Shown: positions 13,133 through 25,589 of the stretch, piece after piece
Position numbering within the stretch: position 1 is the stretch's first letter
Layout: each line of letters begins with the position of its first letter
Source of the DNA: Octopus vulgaris
Lineage: Eukaryota
Reading direction: 5' to 3'
Assembly: GCA_951406725.2 (NCBI GenBank)
Contig: OX597839.1
Coordinates: forward strand, 19,282,001 to 19,346,000
DNA length: 64,000 bases
Program-made: the position numbers and the translations under genes
Notes under the pieces: generated by a model
What the model saw: only the letters and a program-made list of their open reading frames with translations
What the model was told of the DNA's origin: nothing
The model's database searches: none

Positions 13133-16100
13133 GGCGGCGAGCTGGCAGAATGGTTAGCACGCCGGGCGAAGTGCTTAGCGGTATTTCGTCTGCCGTTACG
13201 TTGTGAGTTCAAATTCCGCCGAGGTCGACTTTGCCTTTCATCCTTTCGGGGTGGATAAATTAAGTACCAGTTACGCACTGGGGTCGATGTAATCGACTTA
13301 ATACCTATGTCTGTCCTTGTTTGTCCCCTCTGTGTTTAGCCCCTTGTGGGTAGTAAAGAAATAGGTATTTCGCCTGCCGTTACGTTGTGAGTTCAAATTC
13401 CGCCGAGGTCGACTTTGCCTTTCATCCTTTCGGGGCCGATAAATTAAGTACCAGTTACGCACTGGGGTCGATGTAATCGACTTAATACCTATGTCTGTCC
13501 TTGTTTGTCCCCTCTGTGTTTAGCCCCTTGTGGGTAATAAAGAAATAGGTATTTCATCTGCGTTACGTTGTGAGTTCAAATTCCACCGAGGTCGACTTTG
13601 CCTTTCATCCTTTCGGGGTCGATAAATTAAGTACCAGTTACGCACTGGGGTCGATGTAATCGACTTAATACCTATGTCTGTCCTTGTTTGTCTCCTCTAT
13701 GTTTAGCCCCTTGTGGGCAATAAAGAAATAGGTATTTCATCTGCGTTACGTTGTGAGTTCAAATTCCGCCGAGGTCGACTTTGCCTTTCATCCTTTCGGG
13801 GTCGATAAATTAAGTACCAGTTACGCACTGGGGTCGATGTAATCGACTTAATACCTATGTCTGTCCTTGTTTGTCTCCTCTATGTTTAGCCCCTTGTGGG
13901 CAATAAAGAAATAGGTATTTCATCTGCGTTACGTTGTGAGTTCAAATTCCGCCGAGGTCGACTTTGCCTTTCATCCTTTCGGGGTCGATAAATTAAGTAC
14001 CAGTTACGCACTGGGGTCGATGTAATCGACTTAATACCTATGTCTGTCCTTGTTTGTCTCCTCTATGTTTAGCCCCTTGTGGGCAATAAAGAAATAGGTA
14101 TTTCATCTGCGTTACGTTGTGAGTTCAAATTCCGCCGAGGTCGACTTTGCCTTTCATCCTTTCGGGGCCGATAAATTAAGTACCAGTTACGCACTGGGGT
14201 CGATGTAATCGACTTAATACCTATGTCTGTCCTTGTTTGTCTCCTCTATGTTTAGCCCCTTGTGGGCAATAAAGAAATAGGTATTTCATCTGCGTTACGT
14301 TGTGAGTTCAAATTCCGCCGAGGTCGACTTTGCTTTCATCCTTTCGGGGTCGATAAATTAAGTACCAGTTACGCACTGGGGTCGATGTAATCGACTTAAT
14401 ACCTATGTCTGTCCTTGTTTGTCTCCTCTATGTTTAGCCCCTTGTGGGCAATAAAGAAATAGGTATTTCATCTGCGTTACGTTGTGAGTTCAAATTCCGC
14501 CGAGGTCGACTTTGCCTTTCATCCTTTCGGGGTCGATAAATTAAGTACCAGTTACGCACTGGGGTCGATGTAATCGACTTAATACCTATGTCTGTCCTTG
14601 TTTGTCTCCTCTATGTTTAGCCCCTTGTGGGTAATAAAGAAATAGGTATTTCATCTGCGTTACGTTGTGAGTTCAAATTCCGCCGAGGTCGACTTTGCCT
14701 TTCATCCTTTCGGGGCCGATAAATTAAGTACCAGTTACGCACTGGGGTCGATGTAATCGACTTAATACCTATGTCTGTCCTTGTTTGTCCCCTCTGTGTT
14801 TAGCCCCTTGTGGGTAGTAAAGAAATAGGTATTTCATCTGCGTTACGTTGTGAGTTCAAATTCCGCCGAGGTCGACTTTGCCTTTCATCCTTTCGGGGTC
14901 GATAAATTAAGTACCAGTTACGCACTGGGGTCGATGTAATCGACTTAATACCTATGTCTGTCCTTGTTTGTCTCCTCTATGTTTAGCCCCTTGTGGGTAA
15001 TAAAGAAATAGGTATTTCATCTGCGTTACGTTGTGAGTTCAAATTCCGCCGAGGTCGACTTTGCCTTTCATCCTTTCGGGGCCGATAAATTAAGTACCAG
15101 TTACGCACTGGGGTCGATGTAATCGACTTAATACCTATGTCTGTCCTTGTTTGTCTCCTCTATGTTTAGCCCCTTGTGGGCAATAAAGAAATAGGTATTT
15201 CATCTGCGTTACGTTGTGAGTTCAAATTCCGCCGAGGTCGACTTTGCCTTTCATCCTTTCGGGGTCGATAAATTAAGTACCAGTTACGCACTGGGGTCGA
15301 TGTAATCGACTTAATACCTATGTCTGTCCTTGTTTGTCTCCTCTATGTTTAGCCCCTTGTGGGTAATAAAGAAATAGGTATTTCATCTGCGTTACGTTGT
15401 GAGTTCAAATTCCGCCGAGGTCGACTTTGCCTTTCATCCTTTCGGGGCCGATAAATTAAGTACCAGTTACGCACTGGGGTCGATGTAATCGACTTAATAC
15501 CTATGTCTGTCCTTGTTTGTCTCCTCTGTGTTTAGCCCCTTGTGGGTAGTAAAGAAATAGGTATTTCATCTGCGTTACGTTGTGAGTTCAAATTCCGCCG
15601 AGGTCGACTTTGCCTTTCATCCTTTCGGGGCCGATAAATTAAGTACCAGTTACGCACTGGGGTCGATGTAATCGACTTAATACCTATGTCTGTCCTTGTT
15701 TGTCCCCTCTATGTTTAGCCCCTTGTGGGTAATAAAGAAATAGGTATTTCATCTGCGTTACGTTGTGAGTTCAAATTCCGCCGAGGTCGACTTTGCCTTT
15801 CATCCTTTCGGGGCCGATAAATTAAGTACCAGTTACGCACTGGGGTCGATGTAATCGACTTAATACCTATGTCTGTCCTTGTTTGTCCCCTCTGTGTTTA
15901 GCCCCTTGTGGGTAGTAAAGAAATAGGTATTTCATCTGCGTTACGTTGTGAGTTCAAATTCCGCCGAGGTCGACTTTGCCTTTCATCCTTTCGGGGCCGA
16001 TAAATTAAGTACCAGTTACGCACTGGGGTCGATGTAATCGACTTAATACCTATGTCTGTCCTTGTTTGTCCCCTCTGTGTTTAGCCCCTTGTGGGTAGTA

Positions 16101-16290
16101 AAGAAATAGGTATTTCATCTGCGTTACGTTGTGAGTTCAAATTCCGCCGAGGTCGACTTTGCCTTTCATCCTTTCGGGGCCGATAAATTAAGTACCAGTT
16201 ACGCACTGGGGTCGATGTAATCGACTTAATACCTATGTCTGTCCTTGTTTGTCCCCTCTGTGTTTAGCCCCTTGTGGGTAGTAAAGAAAT
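13133..16290 (+). mobile_element. SINE family A insertion carrying a 17-unit tandem array of its ~183-bp body
   Basis: Single head with A box TGGCAGAATGG (13143-13153). B box GAGTTCAAATTCC at 13205, 13389, 13572 ... 16133 (17 copies, period 182-184). Flanked by direct repeat AGGTATAATATGAA at 13119-13132 and 16291-16304. Confidence 0.95.
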
Positions 16291-16554
16291 AGGTATAATA
16301 TGAACCCCACTTGTTTCACACAGTTACTTATGTCATGCGCAGTGCTACTTCTTCCAAAAGCAACACGGCAAAGAAGATTAATTTTGCTCAAAAAAAAAAT
16401 AAAGATAAATATTGAAATATTGAACTGAGTAAAAAAGGTGTTTTATTTAAGGAAGATTAGTCCTCACTACTTTACAAGAAGCATAGGGCCTGTTTGTCCG
16501 ATGTGCTAACGACTCTGCCAGCTGACTGTCTAGAAATTAAGAAGACATAATAAT

Positions 16555-16768
16555 CTTTTCTCCTTTAGGGACAAGGCTTGAGATATCCAGGGGTACATAG
16601 TCGATTTCATTGACCCCACTGCTCAACTGGTACTTGCTTAACCGACCCCGATATAATAAAAGGCAAAGTTAACCTCAGCAGAATTTGAACTCAGAACGTA
16701 AAGAGCCGCAAGAAACGTCACTAATCATTAAGTCCGCCGCGCTAACGATCTTACAAGCTCGCCGTCGT
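16555..16768 (-). mobile_element. SINE family A monomer, degenerate, inverted relative to the array
   Basis: GACCCCACTGCTCAACTGGTACTT...AAGGCAAAGTTAACCTCAGCAGAATTTGAACTCAGAACGTAA...CTCGCCG. Confidence 0.8.
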
Positions 16769-16830
16769 AAGATTCTACACAATAACTCTTTATTTAATAT
16801 TCAATATATATATATATATATATATATATA

Positions 16831-17162
16831 GGCGCGGGAGTGGCTGTGTGGTAAGTAGCTTGCTTACCAACCACATGGTTCCGGGTTCAGTCCCACTGCG
16901 TGGCATCTTGGGCAAGTGTCTTCTGGTATAGCCCCGGGCCGACCAATACCTTGTGAGTGGATTTGGTAGACGGAAACTGAAAGAAGCATGTCGTATATAT
17001 GTATATATATATATGTGTGTGTGTGTGTTTGTGTGTCTGTGTTTGTCCCCCTAGCATTGCTTGACAACCGATGATGGTGTGTTTACGTCCCCGTCACTTA
17101 GCGGTTCGGCAAAAGAGAATAAGTACTGGGCTTACAAAGAATAAGTAAAAGAGTAAAGATAG

Positions 17163-17165
<3 letters not shown>
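16831..17165 (+). mobile_element. SINE family B with internal 3' deletion, inside a (TA)n tract
   Basis: GGCGCGGGAGTGGCTGTGTGGTAAGTAGCTTGC... ends AAGTAAAAGAGTAAAG; (TA)n on both sides. Confidence 0.9.
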
Positions 17166-17217
<52 letters not shown>

Positions 17218-17710
17218 GCAATTCCTTTATTCAAGTTGTTTTCGAATCGATAAAACCTGAGTGTCTATAATATCTGTTGTTGCTAAAAGAAATATACAAT
17301 ATGCAAAAAATAATGGTATTATGATATTAAATTTAAACAAATATGTTACGAAACAGAAATAATAAAATTGCGTTAGTGTGAAGTTATGAAATATAAAGAA
17401 AAATACTTGAGAGTAAGATTTGAGCGTTTATAACCAATAACATTGTACGAATATGCAAATAACTATATATTTCAGAAAGCATATGTACGCGCGTATATGT
17501 GTGTTCATTTACCTCTCATGCTTCCTACATTTTATGGTTTATATACGCCTCGTGAAATAACCTCATCGATCGAATCTGCAGGGATTTCAGCTGCACTGAA
17601 CACTGCATTATACCCCTCCGTATTGAATTAATATGAGGTCTGATAACCAGCTCCGCAAGAAGAGCTTTCTATTATAGCCTCATTATTCTATGAATACATA
17701 CATACATATA

Positions 17711-17901
17711 TATAACAATAATTAAGGGTTAAGCAACACCACATATAACAACTTGTTGTTTAACCCTTAATTATTGTTATAATTATATAAAAAAAACTTT
17801 ATGTATAAGTTTTTACCGAATATGGGTCTTTTCCATACCGGAAACTACTTGGTAAATTTATTAATTTATTAAATTAATAATTCTTTACCCTATATCTGTA
17901 A

Positions 17902-17905
<4 letters not shown>
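17711..17905 (-). mobile_element. Fold-back element in a (TA)n tract (28-bp arms)
   Basis: 17711-17738 is the reverse complement of 17754-17781 (1 mismatch); the AT-rich body to 17905 is loosely similar (reversed) to 49650-49765. Confidence 0.7.
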
Positions 17906-17951
<46 letters not shown>

Positions 17952-18054
17952 TTAGACATAGAAGTATATGTTCTAATGAGTTTACTATACTTTCTAAAAT
18001 ATATAGTTATTTGTGTTTTAGCATGGTGAAGGGTTCATTATTAAATATTTCTTA

Positions 18055-18950
18055 AAGGCGATGGCTGACAGAATCCCTTCGCATGCCGGACGAAATGCTT
18101 TGTAACATTGCTTCTGGCTTTACGCTCTGACTTTGAATGCTGCCGAGTTTTTGTCTTTGTCTTTCATCGTTTTGGGGGTTGACAAAAATGTAACACTTGA
18201 ACACTAGGTTTGATATAATGAACTGTCCTTCTTCACACCAGATCTCAACCCTTGCGTTAATAGCAGAGTGGATTATATACATCTTAACAGACCTTATTAT
18301 CTAAGATCCTTTTAAGGCACCGAGCTGGTGAAATCATTAACATGCCGGACAAATGCTTAGTGGCATTTCGTCCGTCCTTACGGTCTAAGGTCAAATTCAG
18401 CCGAGGTCGACTTTGACTTTAACTCTTTCATGGTCGATAAAATGAGTACCAGTTGAATACTGGGGTCGATGTAATTGACTTAGAACCCCTTGTACGAAGG
18501 GGCCTTGTACCAAAACATGAAACCAGTATTGCTATTAATATGGTGAGCTGTCAGAATCATTAGCACGGCGAGCAAAATGCTTAGCGGCATTTCGTCTGAG
18601 TTCAAATTACGCCGATGTCGAACCCGCCTTTCATTCTTACGAGATCGATAAAATGAGTACCAGTTGAAAAATGTGATCAATGTAATCGATCGAAATTGCT
18701 GGCCTTGTGCCTATAGTAGGCATGATTATTACGAAGGCGGCGAGCTGGCAGAAGATTTAGCACGGCGGGCAAAATGCCTAGTGGTATTTCGTCCGTCTTC
18801 AGATTCTGATTTCAAATTCCGCCGAGGTAGAATTTATCTTTCGTCCCTTTCGGGGTCGATAATATATATACCAGTGAAGCACTGGGGTCAATTTAATCGA
18901 CTTAAACCCTTTCCAGAAATTTCTGGCCTTGTGCAAAATTAGAAACCAAT
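18055..18950 (+). mobile_element. Cluster of four degenerate SINE family A monomers, head-to-tail
   Basis: Heads near 18055, 18315, 18541 and 18737, each followed by AAATGC[CT]T and a B-box/GTCGATAA-like core. Confidence 0.8.
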
Positions 18951-20041
18951 ATCTAAGATCCGATTACTCTAGAACATCTCCAATCATATTTTAAATTCCT
19001 ACCTGTTTCGACTCCAATTACTCTCCAGTAATTCTTCATATTTTAATAATTTCAGTCCGACGCCGTCTAATAGCTATATTTTCTCATACATTTATTTACA
19101 TTTAATTTCATAATAATATCTTTACATATTACATATTGCTTTTAGGAACAACAGATAAATGTCTACAAAACACTTTAAATTTATCGATTAGAACACAATT
19201 TAAATGAAAGAAATGGTTAAAACATTTGTATATCACATTAAGAGTTATTATTCTTCATAATATATACAAAACTTGGTTATAAATTTTTCTTTAAATTTTA
19301 TAGACGTAATTCTTAAAACCAGTTATATATTTTATTTTTTATTTATCATTAAAATAAAATCCAATCTTTATAGAATAATAAAGATACTTATATATGTTTT
19401 ATCAGAATTGCTTAAGTTTTAGTTTATCAAACCGTGTTTCGTTTCTTATTATGAATAACACTGTATAACAAAATAAAATATTTACTGTCTTTGGTCAGTT
19501 AGTGTTATATCCTATTTGCTTCTATCTAAGAAAATGACTACTATTCCCTCCAAACTTCCTTTTTTTTTTACCTATTTCCCATTACATTTCAGACAGATTC
19601 AGCGCTGAGTTGCTGAAGCAGAAATATCGTTATAGCAAATATTCTTCTCAATACCACAAATTTGCACAACAGTTGCTCAACCATAACCTTAATGGCTGGC
19701 AATATGTGTATCTCTGATCATGAGCAGGAGTTGTGGCGGGAGCATCATAGCCATGTGTTGACAGTGATTCTTTGGGGTAGGAAAAAATGTAAAAGAAGCA
19801 AAGTTTGAGGGAATCATTTGTAGGGATCAGCAAACGGGAAATAACAGCTGTAACCTAGGGACAAAAATCGCTTTACTCAGAGTAATTCAGTTGTACCGTA
19901 ATAAGTGACTTGGTAGTGTTGGTGAGCTTATAAAAATGATTTTTTATTATCCACAAGGGACTAACGAAGAGGGGACAATACAATCTGATTTTGGGGTCAG
20001 ATGAGCGAATGATTATAGAAAAAAAAATGACAAAAATGACA

Positions 20042-20203
20042 GGCGCAGGAGTAGCTGTGTGGTAAGTAGCTTGCTTACCAACCACATGGTTTCGGGTTCA
20101 GTCCCACTGCGTGGCACTTTGGGCAAGTGTCTTCTACTATAGCCTCGGGCCGACCAAAGCCTAGTCAGTGGATTTGGTAGACGGAAACTGAAAGAAGCCT
20201 GTC

Positions 20204-20271
<68 letters not shown>

Positions 20272-20497
20272 GTATGTGTGTGTGTGTGTTTGTGTGTGTT
20301 TGTCCCCCTAGCATTGCTTGACAACCGATGCTAGTGTGTTTACGTCCCGTCACTTAGCGGTTCGGCAAAAGAGAGACCGATAGAATAAGTACCTGGGCTT
20401 ACAAAGAATAAGTCCCGGGGTCGATTTGCTCGACTAAAGGCGGTGCTCCAGCATGGCCGCAGTCAAATGACTGAAACAAGTAAAAGAGTAAAGAGTA
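20042..20497 (+). mobile_element. SINE family B, full length
   Basis: Complete head, internal (TA)n(TG)n tract and tail ...GACTGAAACAAGTAAAAGAGTAAAGAGTA. Confidence 0.92.
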
Positions 20498-20844
20498 ATG
20501 TTTTACTCCGCTTAGTATGAACTCCAAACGAAAGATTTATTGCCGGCCGCTCTAAATACATAAGGAGTGTTTCACTTTGACACAAGGTTTACAATGGGAA
20601 AAGCGCGGTGAGAAATGGACAGCTCAGTTTATGCGCGTTCACATTCCATTTATATTCCTTCATTACATTATATAACGCCTTAAATGCGCAACGTTTGCTG
20701 TTACATATCTGGATTGATAAGATGCTTAATATAATTATAAAACTGCTAACATAGTTCTGTTTAACTATATTGACTGGTTGATAGATGGAGAATATTATTG
20801 TAATATTCGTGAGTATTATGTTTGCTAAATATAAGTTGGAGTAA

Positions 20845-21406
20845 GGTGGCGAGCAGGCAGAAACGTTAGCACATCGGGCGAAATGCTTAGCGGTATTTCA
20901 TCTGTCTTTATGTTTCGAGTTCAAATTCCGCCGAGGTCGACTTTGCCTTTCATACTTTCGGGGTCAATAAATTAAGTACCAGTTACGCACTGAGGTCGAT
21001 GTAATCGACTTAATCTCTTTGTCTGTCCTTGTTTGTCCCCTCTATGTTTAGCCCCATGTGGGTAGTAAAGAAATAGGTATTTCGTCTGCCGTTACGTTCT
21101 GAGTTCAAATTCCGCCGAAATCGACTTTGCCTTTCATCCTTTCGGGGTCGATTAAATAAGTACCAGTTACGCACTGAGGTCGATATAATCGACTTAATCC
21201 CTAGTCTGTCCTTGTTTGTCCCCTCAATGTTTAGCCCTATTTCGTCTGCCGTTACGTTCTGAGTTCAAATTCCGCCGAGGTCGACTTTGTCTTTCATCCT
21301 TTCGGGGTCGATAAATTAAGTTCCAGTCGCGTATTACGGTCGAACTAATCGACTGGTCCTTCCTTCCCCAAAATTTCGGGCATTGTGCCTAGAGTAGGAA
21401 AGTATG
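20845..21406 (+). mobile_element. SINE family A trimer with probable 11-bp TSD
   Basis: Three B-box units; TAAGTTGGAGT (20832-20842) and TAAGCTGGAGT (21407-21417) flank it. Confidence 0.9.
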
Positions 21407-22144
21407 TAAGCTGGAGTGCTGATTGATGCATGAATCCATCCATCCATCCATCCATTCATACATACATACATACATACATACATGCATACACATATACATA
21501 CACACTCATATACATATACACGCTGCAGATTGGGCTCTATACGTTCTCATTGATCGTAAGACACATACCGAATTCGTCTGTCACAGCCTTAAGGACGATG
21601 GTTCTTATTTGTAAGTACGGTAAGAAGTACATTTTCTAATGTATGCAAGTTGGAGTAAATTAACAAGTTACAAAAAGCGGAATTTAACAAATATGATATA
21701 AATATATAATAATTGTACAAACGTATTTAACACTTCCTGGTACACTCTGACGCGGGAAGGCATAACGCTACTGTAATGATCCTGTCAGAAAATATTGTTT
21801 CTCAGAGAAAATGTGCGAAAACACATTCAACTATGAATAACCTAATCGATCGTAAGACGTATGTGTTTCTACGTTATTGCACATCGTCAGCTGCAAATAG
21901 CGAAATCGTCTTTTACATCCCTTTAAGGAAGATGGATCTTATTTATATAAATTTTTACAGATGTTCGTAAATCATAAACAACAACAACAACTGCAACATG
22001 GAAGAGAATTTATAAATTGGAAGTTTCTATTAAAGTTTCAATGAAATACTTAGAAAAAGAAGTATTTGATTTCGAATAGATTCAGGGTTTAGATAACTTA
22101 TTGATCCTTATAGAGAGATTAAACGTCAACTGTTGTAATAGATA

Positions 22145-22600
22145 TGAAATATATATATGAATAATAGATTTACAGAATAAGCGAATGATATTATTGAAAC
22201 CGCGTTGTTATCGACATTGAAGATAAACATCGGATGTCGCGGCTGATAAGGAATCAAATGAATAATAGATTTACAGAATACATGAATGTAGGAGGTTTTG
22301 GTTGTGTATCTAGTATCGAAGATAAACAGGGGAAGGTATTATGGAGTACATACGTATAGAATATATGAATAATAGATTGGCTGGAATACATGAATGAAGG
22401 AACTTCATCGTGTTATCTACATTGAAAGATAAGCAAACAACAGACAGTTTATTTTATTTATATATTTATTTATTTTGTTGTTGTTGTTTTTTTTTGCTAT
22501 TTATTTACTCTTTTGGAGGTGGCGGGAAGTAAGTATAGAATACATGAATAAAAGATTCCCAGAATACTTGAATGCTGCGATAGAGAATGATTCTACATAA
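22145..22600. repeat. Old degenerate ~100-bp tandem repeat (about 4 units)
   Basis: ATGAATAATAGATT..GAATA recurs near 22157, 22258, 22365 and 22544; TATC..CATTGAAGATAA-like motif near 22209, 22307 and 22413. Confidence 0.7.
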
Positions 22601-22619
22601 AATGCCGATGGAAGCTATA

Positions 22620-22838
22620 TGTAATGTATGTATGCATTTATATGAATATGTGTATATGCATATATATATACACAGATATATATATATATATGCATTATAG
22701 ATATGTGTATATATATATATATACATATGTGTATATATACATATAAATATACATATATGTGTGTATGTATAGAGAGACAAATGCAAATATTTATATATGT
22801 GCATATATGAGTGTGCGTGTTATAGGAAGTATATATAC

Positions 22839-22872
<34 letters not shown>

Positions 22873-23527
22873 TATATATATATATGTGTGTATATATACA
22901 TATGTGTATATATGCATATAAATATACATATGTGTGTGTATATATATGTGTAGGTATAGAGAGATATGCAAATATTTATATATGTGTATATATGAGTGTG
23001 TGTGTGTGTGTGTTATAGGAAGTATATATATATATCATTTGAGCATTCTGCATTTTTATTTTTCCTTACTTATATATATATATATATATATATATACGTG
23101 TGTATATATAAATGTGTGTGTGTGCGTGTGAGTATGTGCGGGTGTGCGTATTTCTATGATCGAGAGAGAAAGACCTGTGTGCGTATGTGATCGTACGACA
23201 GTGTGCGAAACTGCGCCAGCACGCATGCGTGCGACTATCTTTTAGGAAGTCATTATGTATGACTCCTTCGGTTCACACACAGCCGTGGGTTTATTTAATA
23301 GAGTTAGAAACATTATACAAATTTATGAAATAAACGACCTGGCATATTATGAAACATGAAGGATTGGCATAAAGGACCGCCATTTCTGTAAAGAGCCTAC
23401 ACAATATGTCTCTCTCTGCAAATATTTGTTTCTTTCATTATTTTATATTTCATTCGTTCCTCCGAAATGGGATATCGATTAAATAAAGTGATGGAGGTAG
23501 GGCTGTGTTTCTGGTGGAATATTTTGG

Positions 23528-23599
<72 letters not shown>

Positions 23600-23639
23600 A
23601 TTCATCTCTTTATCTATCTATATCCCTCTGTATGTGTGT

Positions 23640-23672
<33 letters not shown>

Positions 23673-23770
23673 CATACATATTATAAATATATATATATAT
23701 ACATATTATATATATATATATACATATTATATATATATATATACATACATATATATATATATATACATAT

Positions 23771-23802
<32 letters not shown>

Positions 23803-23822
23803 CTATACATATTATATATATA

Positions 23823-23856
<34 letters not shown>

Positions 23857-23870
23857 TACATATTATATAC

Positions 23871-23929
<59 letters not shown>

Positions 23930-23950
23930 TATGTATAGTATAGTATGTAT
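22620..23950. repeat. (TA)n/(TG)n/(TCTA)n microsatellite-rich tracts (unique island ~23160-23520 inside)
   Basis: Direct reading. Confidence 0.85.
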
Positions 23951-24228
23951 AGTCAATAGATGAGATCCAGCGATGATTCTCTGACATTTGGTAGTGGTCA
24001 AAACATTCTGGCTTAGAGACTGATGTCTTTATATGGGATCGAATCGGCAAGGTAAAGAATGGCTGTAAGAGGGATCAAGTTGAGCGGATTCAGAGGAAAT
24101 TATGCAGATAAACAAATTAGATACATCAAATATATTACATTTTATATAATTAATATATTTGATGTATCTAATCTGTTTATTCGCATAGTTGGCTCTCTCT
24201 CTCTCTCTCTGTGCACATAATCAATCGT

Positions 24229-24612
24229 GGCACTCCGTCGGTTACGACGACGAGGGTTCCAGTTAATCTGATCAACGGAACAGCCTACTCGTAAAAATAA
24301 CGTGCAAGTGGCAGAGCAATCCACAGAGCAATCCATTAACGTAGTTCTCGGGGAGATCCAGCGTGACACAGAGTGTGACAAGGCTGGCCCTTTGAAATAA
24401 AGGTACAACAGAAACAAGACAGAGTGAGAGAAAGTTGTGGTGAAATAATACACCCAGAGTTCGCCACCATCCCCTACCGGAGCCTCACGACTCTTTAGGT
24501 GTCTTCGCTGAATAACCAAATAAACATTCACAACTCCCGGTTGTGATCCTACGAAACCGTGATCCTACGACCGTGTGTCCGCTGCCCTAACCACTAGGCC
24601 ATTGCGTCTCCA
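24229..24612 (-). mobile_element. SINE family C with long tail type
   Basis: Colinear with 10885-11267 (GGCACTCCGTCGGTT.CGACGACGAGGGTTC...CCACT.GGCCATTGC). Confidence 0.85.
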
Positions 24613-25022
24613 CACGTAATGAATATATATATATATATATATAAAGAATAAATCGTGCTTTATATATATCTACTACCTGTATATATATATATAATTGCAC
24701 GACTTATTCGTGATGACAGTTGCTCAGAAATCGAGGTGCTATATATATATACTCTTTTACTTGTTTCAGTCATGTGACTGCGGCCATGCTGGAGCATATA
24801 TATATATTCATTACATACTTCATTCATTTGACAGGGGCCATTCTGCAGCACCACCTTATACATATATGCTTTTTATTTGTTCGAGTAATTCGATTTTGGT
24901 CATGCTGGGTCATTGACTTGAAGGGCTCAGCCACACAAATATACATCAGTACTTTTTCTTAACTCTGCTGTATTCCCATAACTTCGCTATTCTCCAAAAG
25001 TAACTAATATGTATATATATTC

Positions 25023-25080
<58 letters not shown>

Positions 25081-25307
25081 GTATATAAGTATATATATTT
25101 ATATAAATATTATGTATGTATATATATATATATTTCACAAACACGACGGGTCCCACACGGTTTCCAACTACCAATTTGAAACATAAGTCTTTGGTGGACC
25201 CGAGGCTATTGTAGAAGATACTTACCCACCTTGACATACAGTGGGACCGAATCAGAATACACACAGTGGCAAAGTAAAATCCCTAACCACATAGTCATCC
25301 TTATATA

Positions 25308-25541
25308 CTGGGTATTCAAAAAGATTCTCCGCAGTGAATTTTTTTTCATCCTGCGCATCACCATGGCGCTACTTCGAGAGTTTTTCGGTGAACGGATTAT
25401 TTTGAAGGGATTTTGGCCACCAAAACCACCTGATTTAACACAGCCAGACTTTTTTTCTGGGGAGCGAGTAAAGGATCAGTGTACAAGAATCGCCTGAAAA
25501 CCATTAAATAATTACTGTGGAGAGACCTTTTGAACCCCCTG
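25308..25541 (+). mobile_element. Tc1/mariner-superfamily deletion derivative (MITE-like) retaining the WPPxSPDL motif
   Basis: TA-flanked imperfect 23-bp TIRs (CTGGGTATTCAAAAAGATTCTCC vs rc CAGGGGGTTCAAAAGGTCTCTCC); internal translation LLREFFGERIILKGFWPPKPPDLTQPDFF resembles WPPRSPDLTPxDFFLWG. Confidence 0.8.
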
Positions 25542-25589
25542 TACAATTCACACACTCACTCACACACACACATACGCGCACACACACAA

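Noticed and set aside
13133-16290. Array as a CRISPR locus or a retrozyme
   Set aside because: Units are contiguous with no unique spacers and there are no cas genes; I found no hammerhead core (CUGANGA...GAAA) on either strand by eye.
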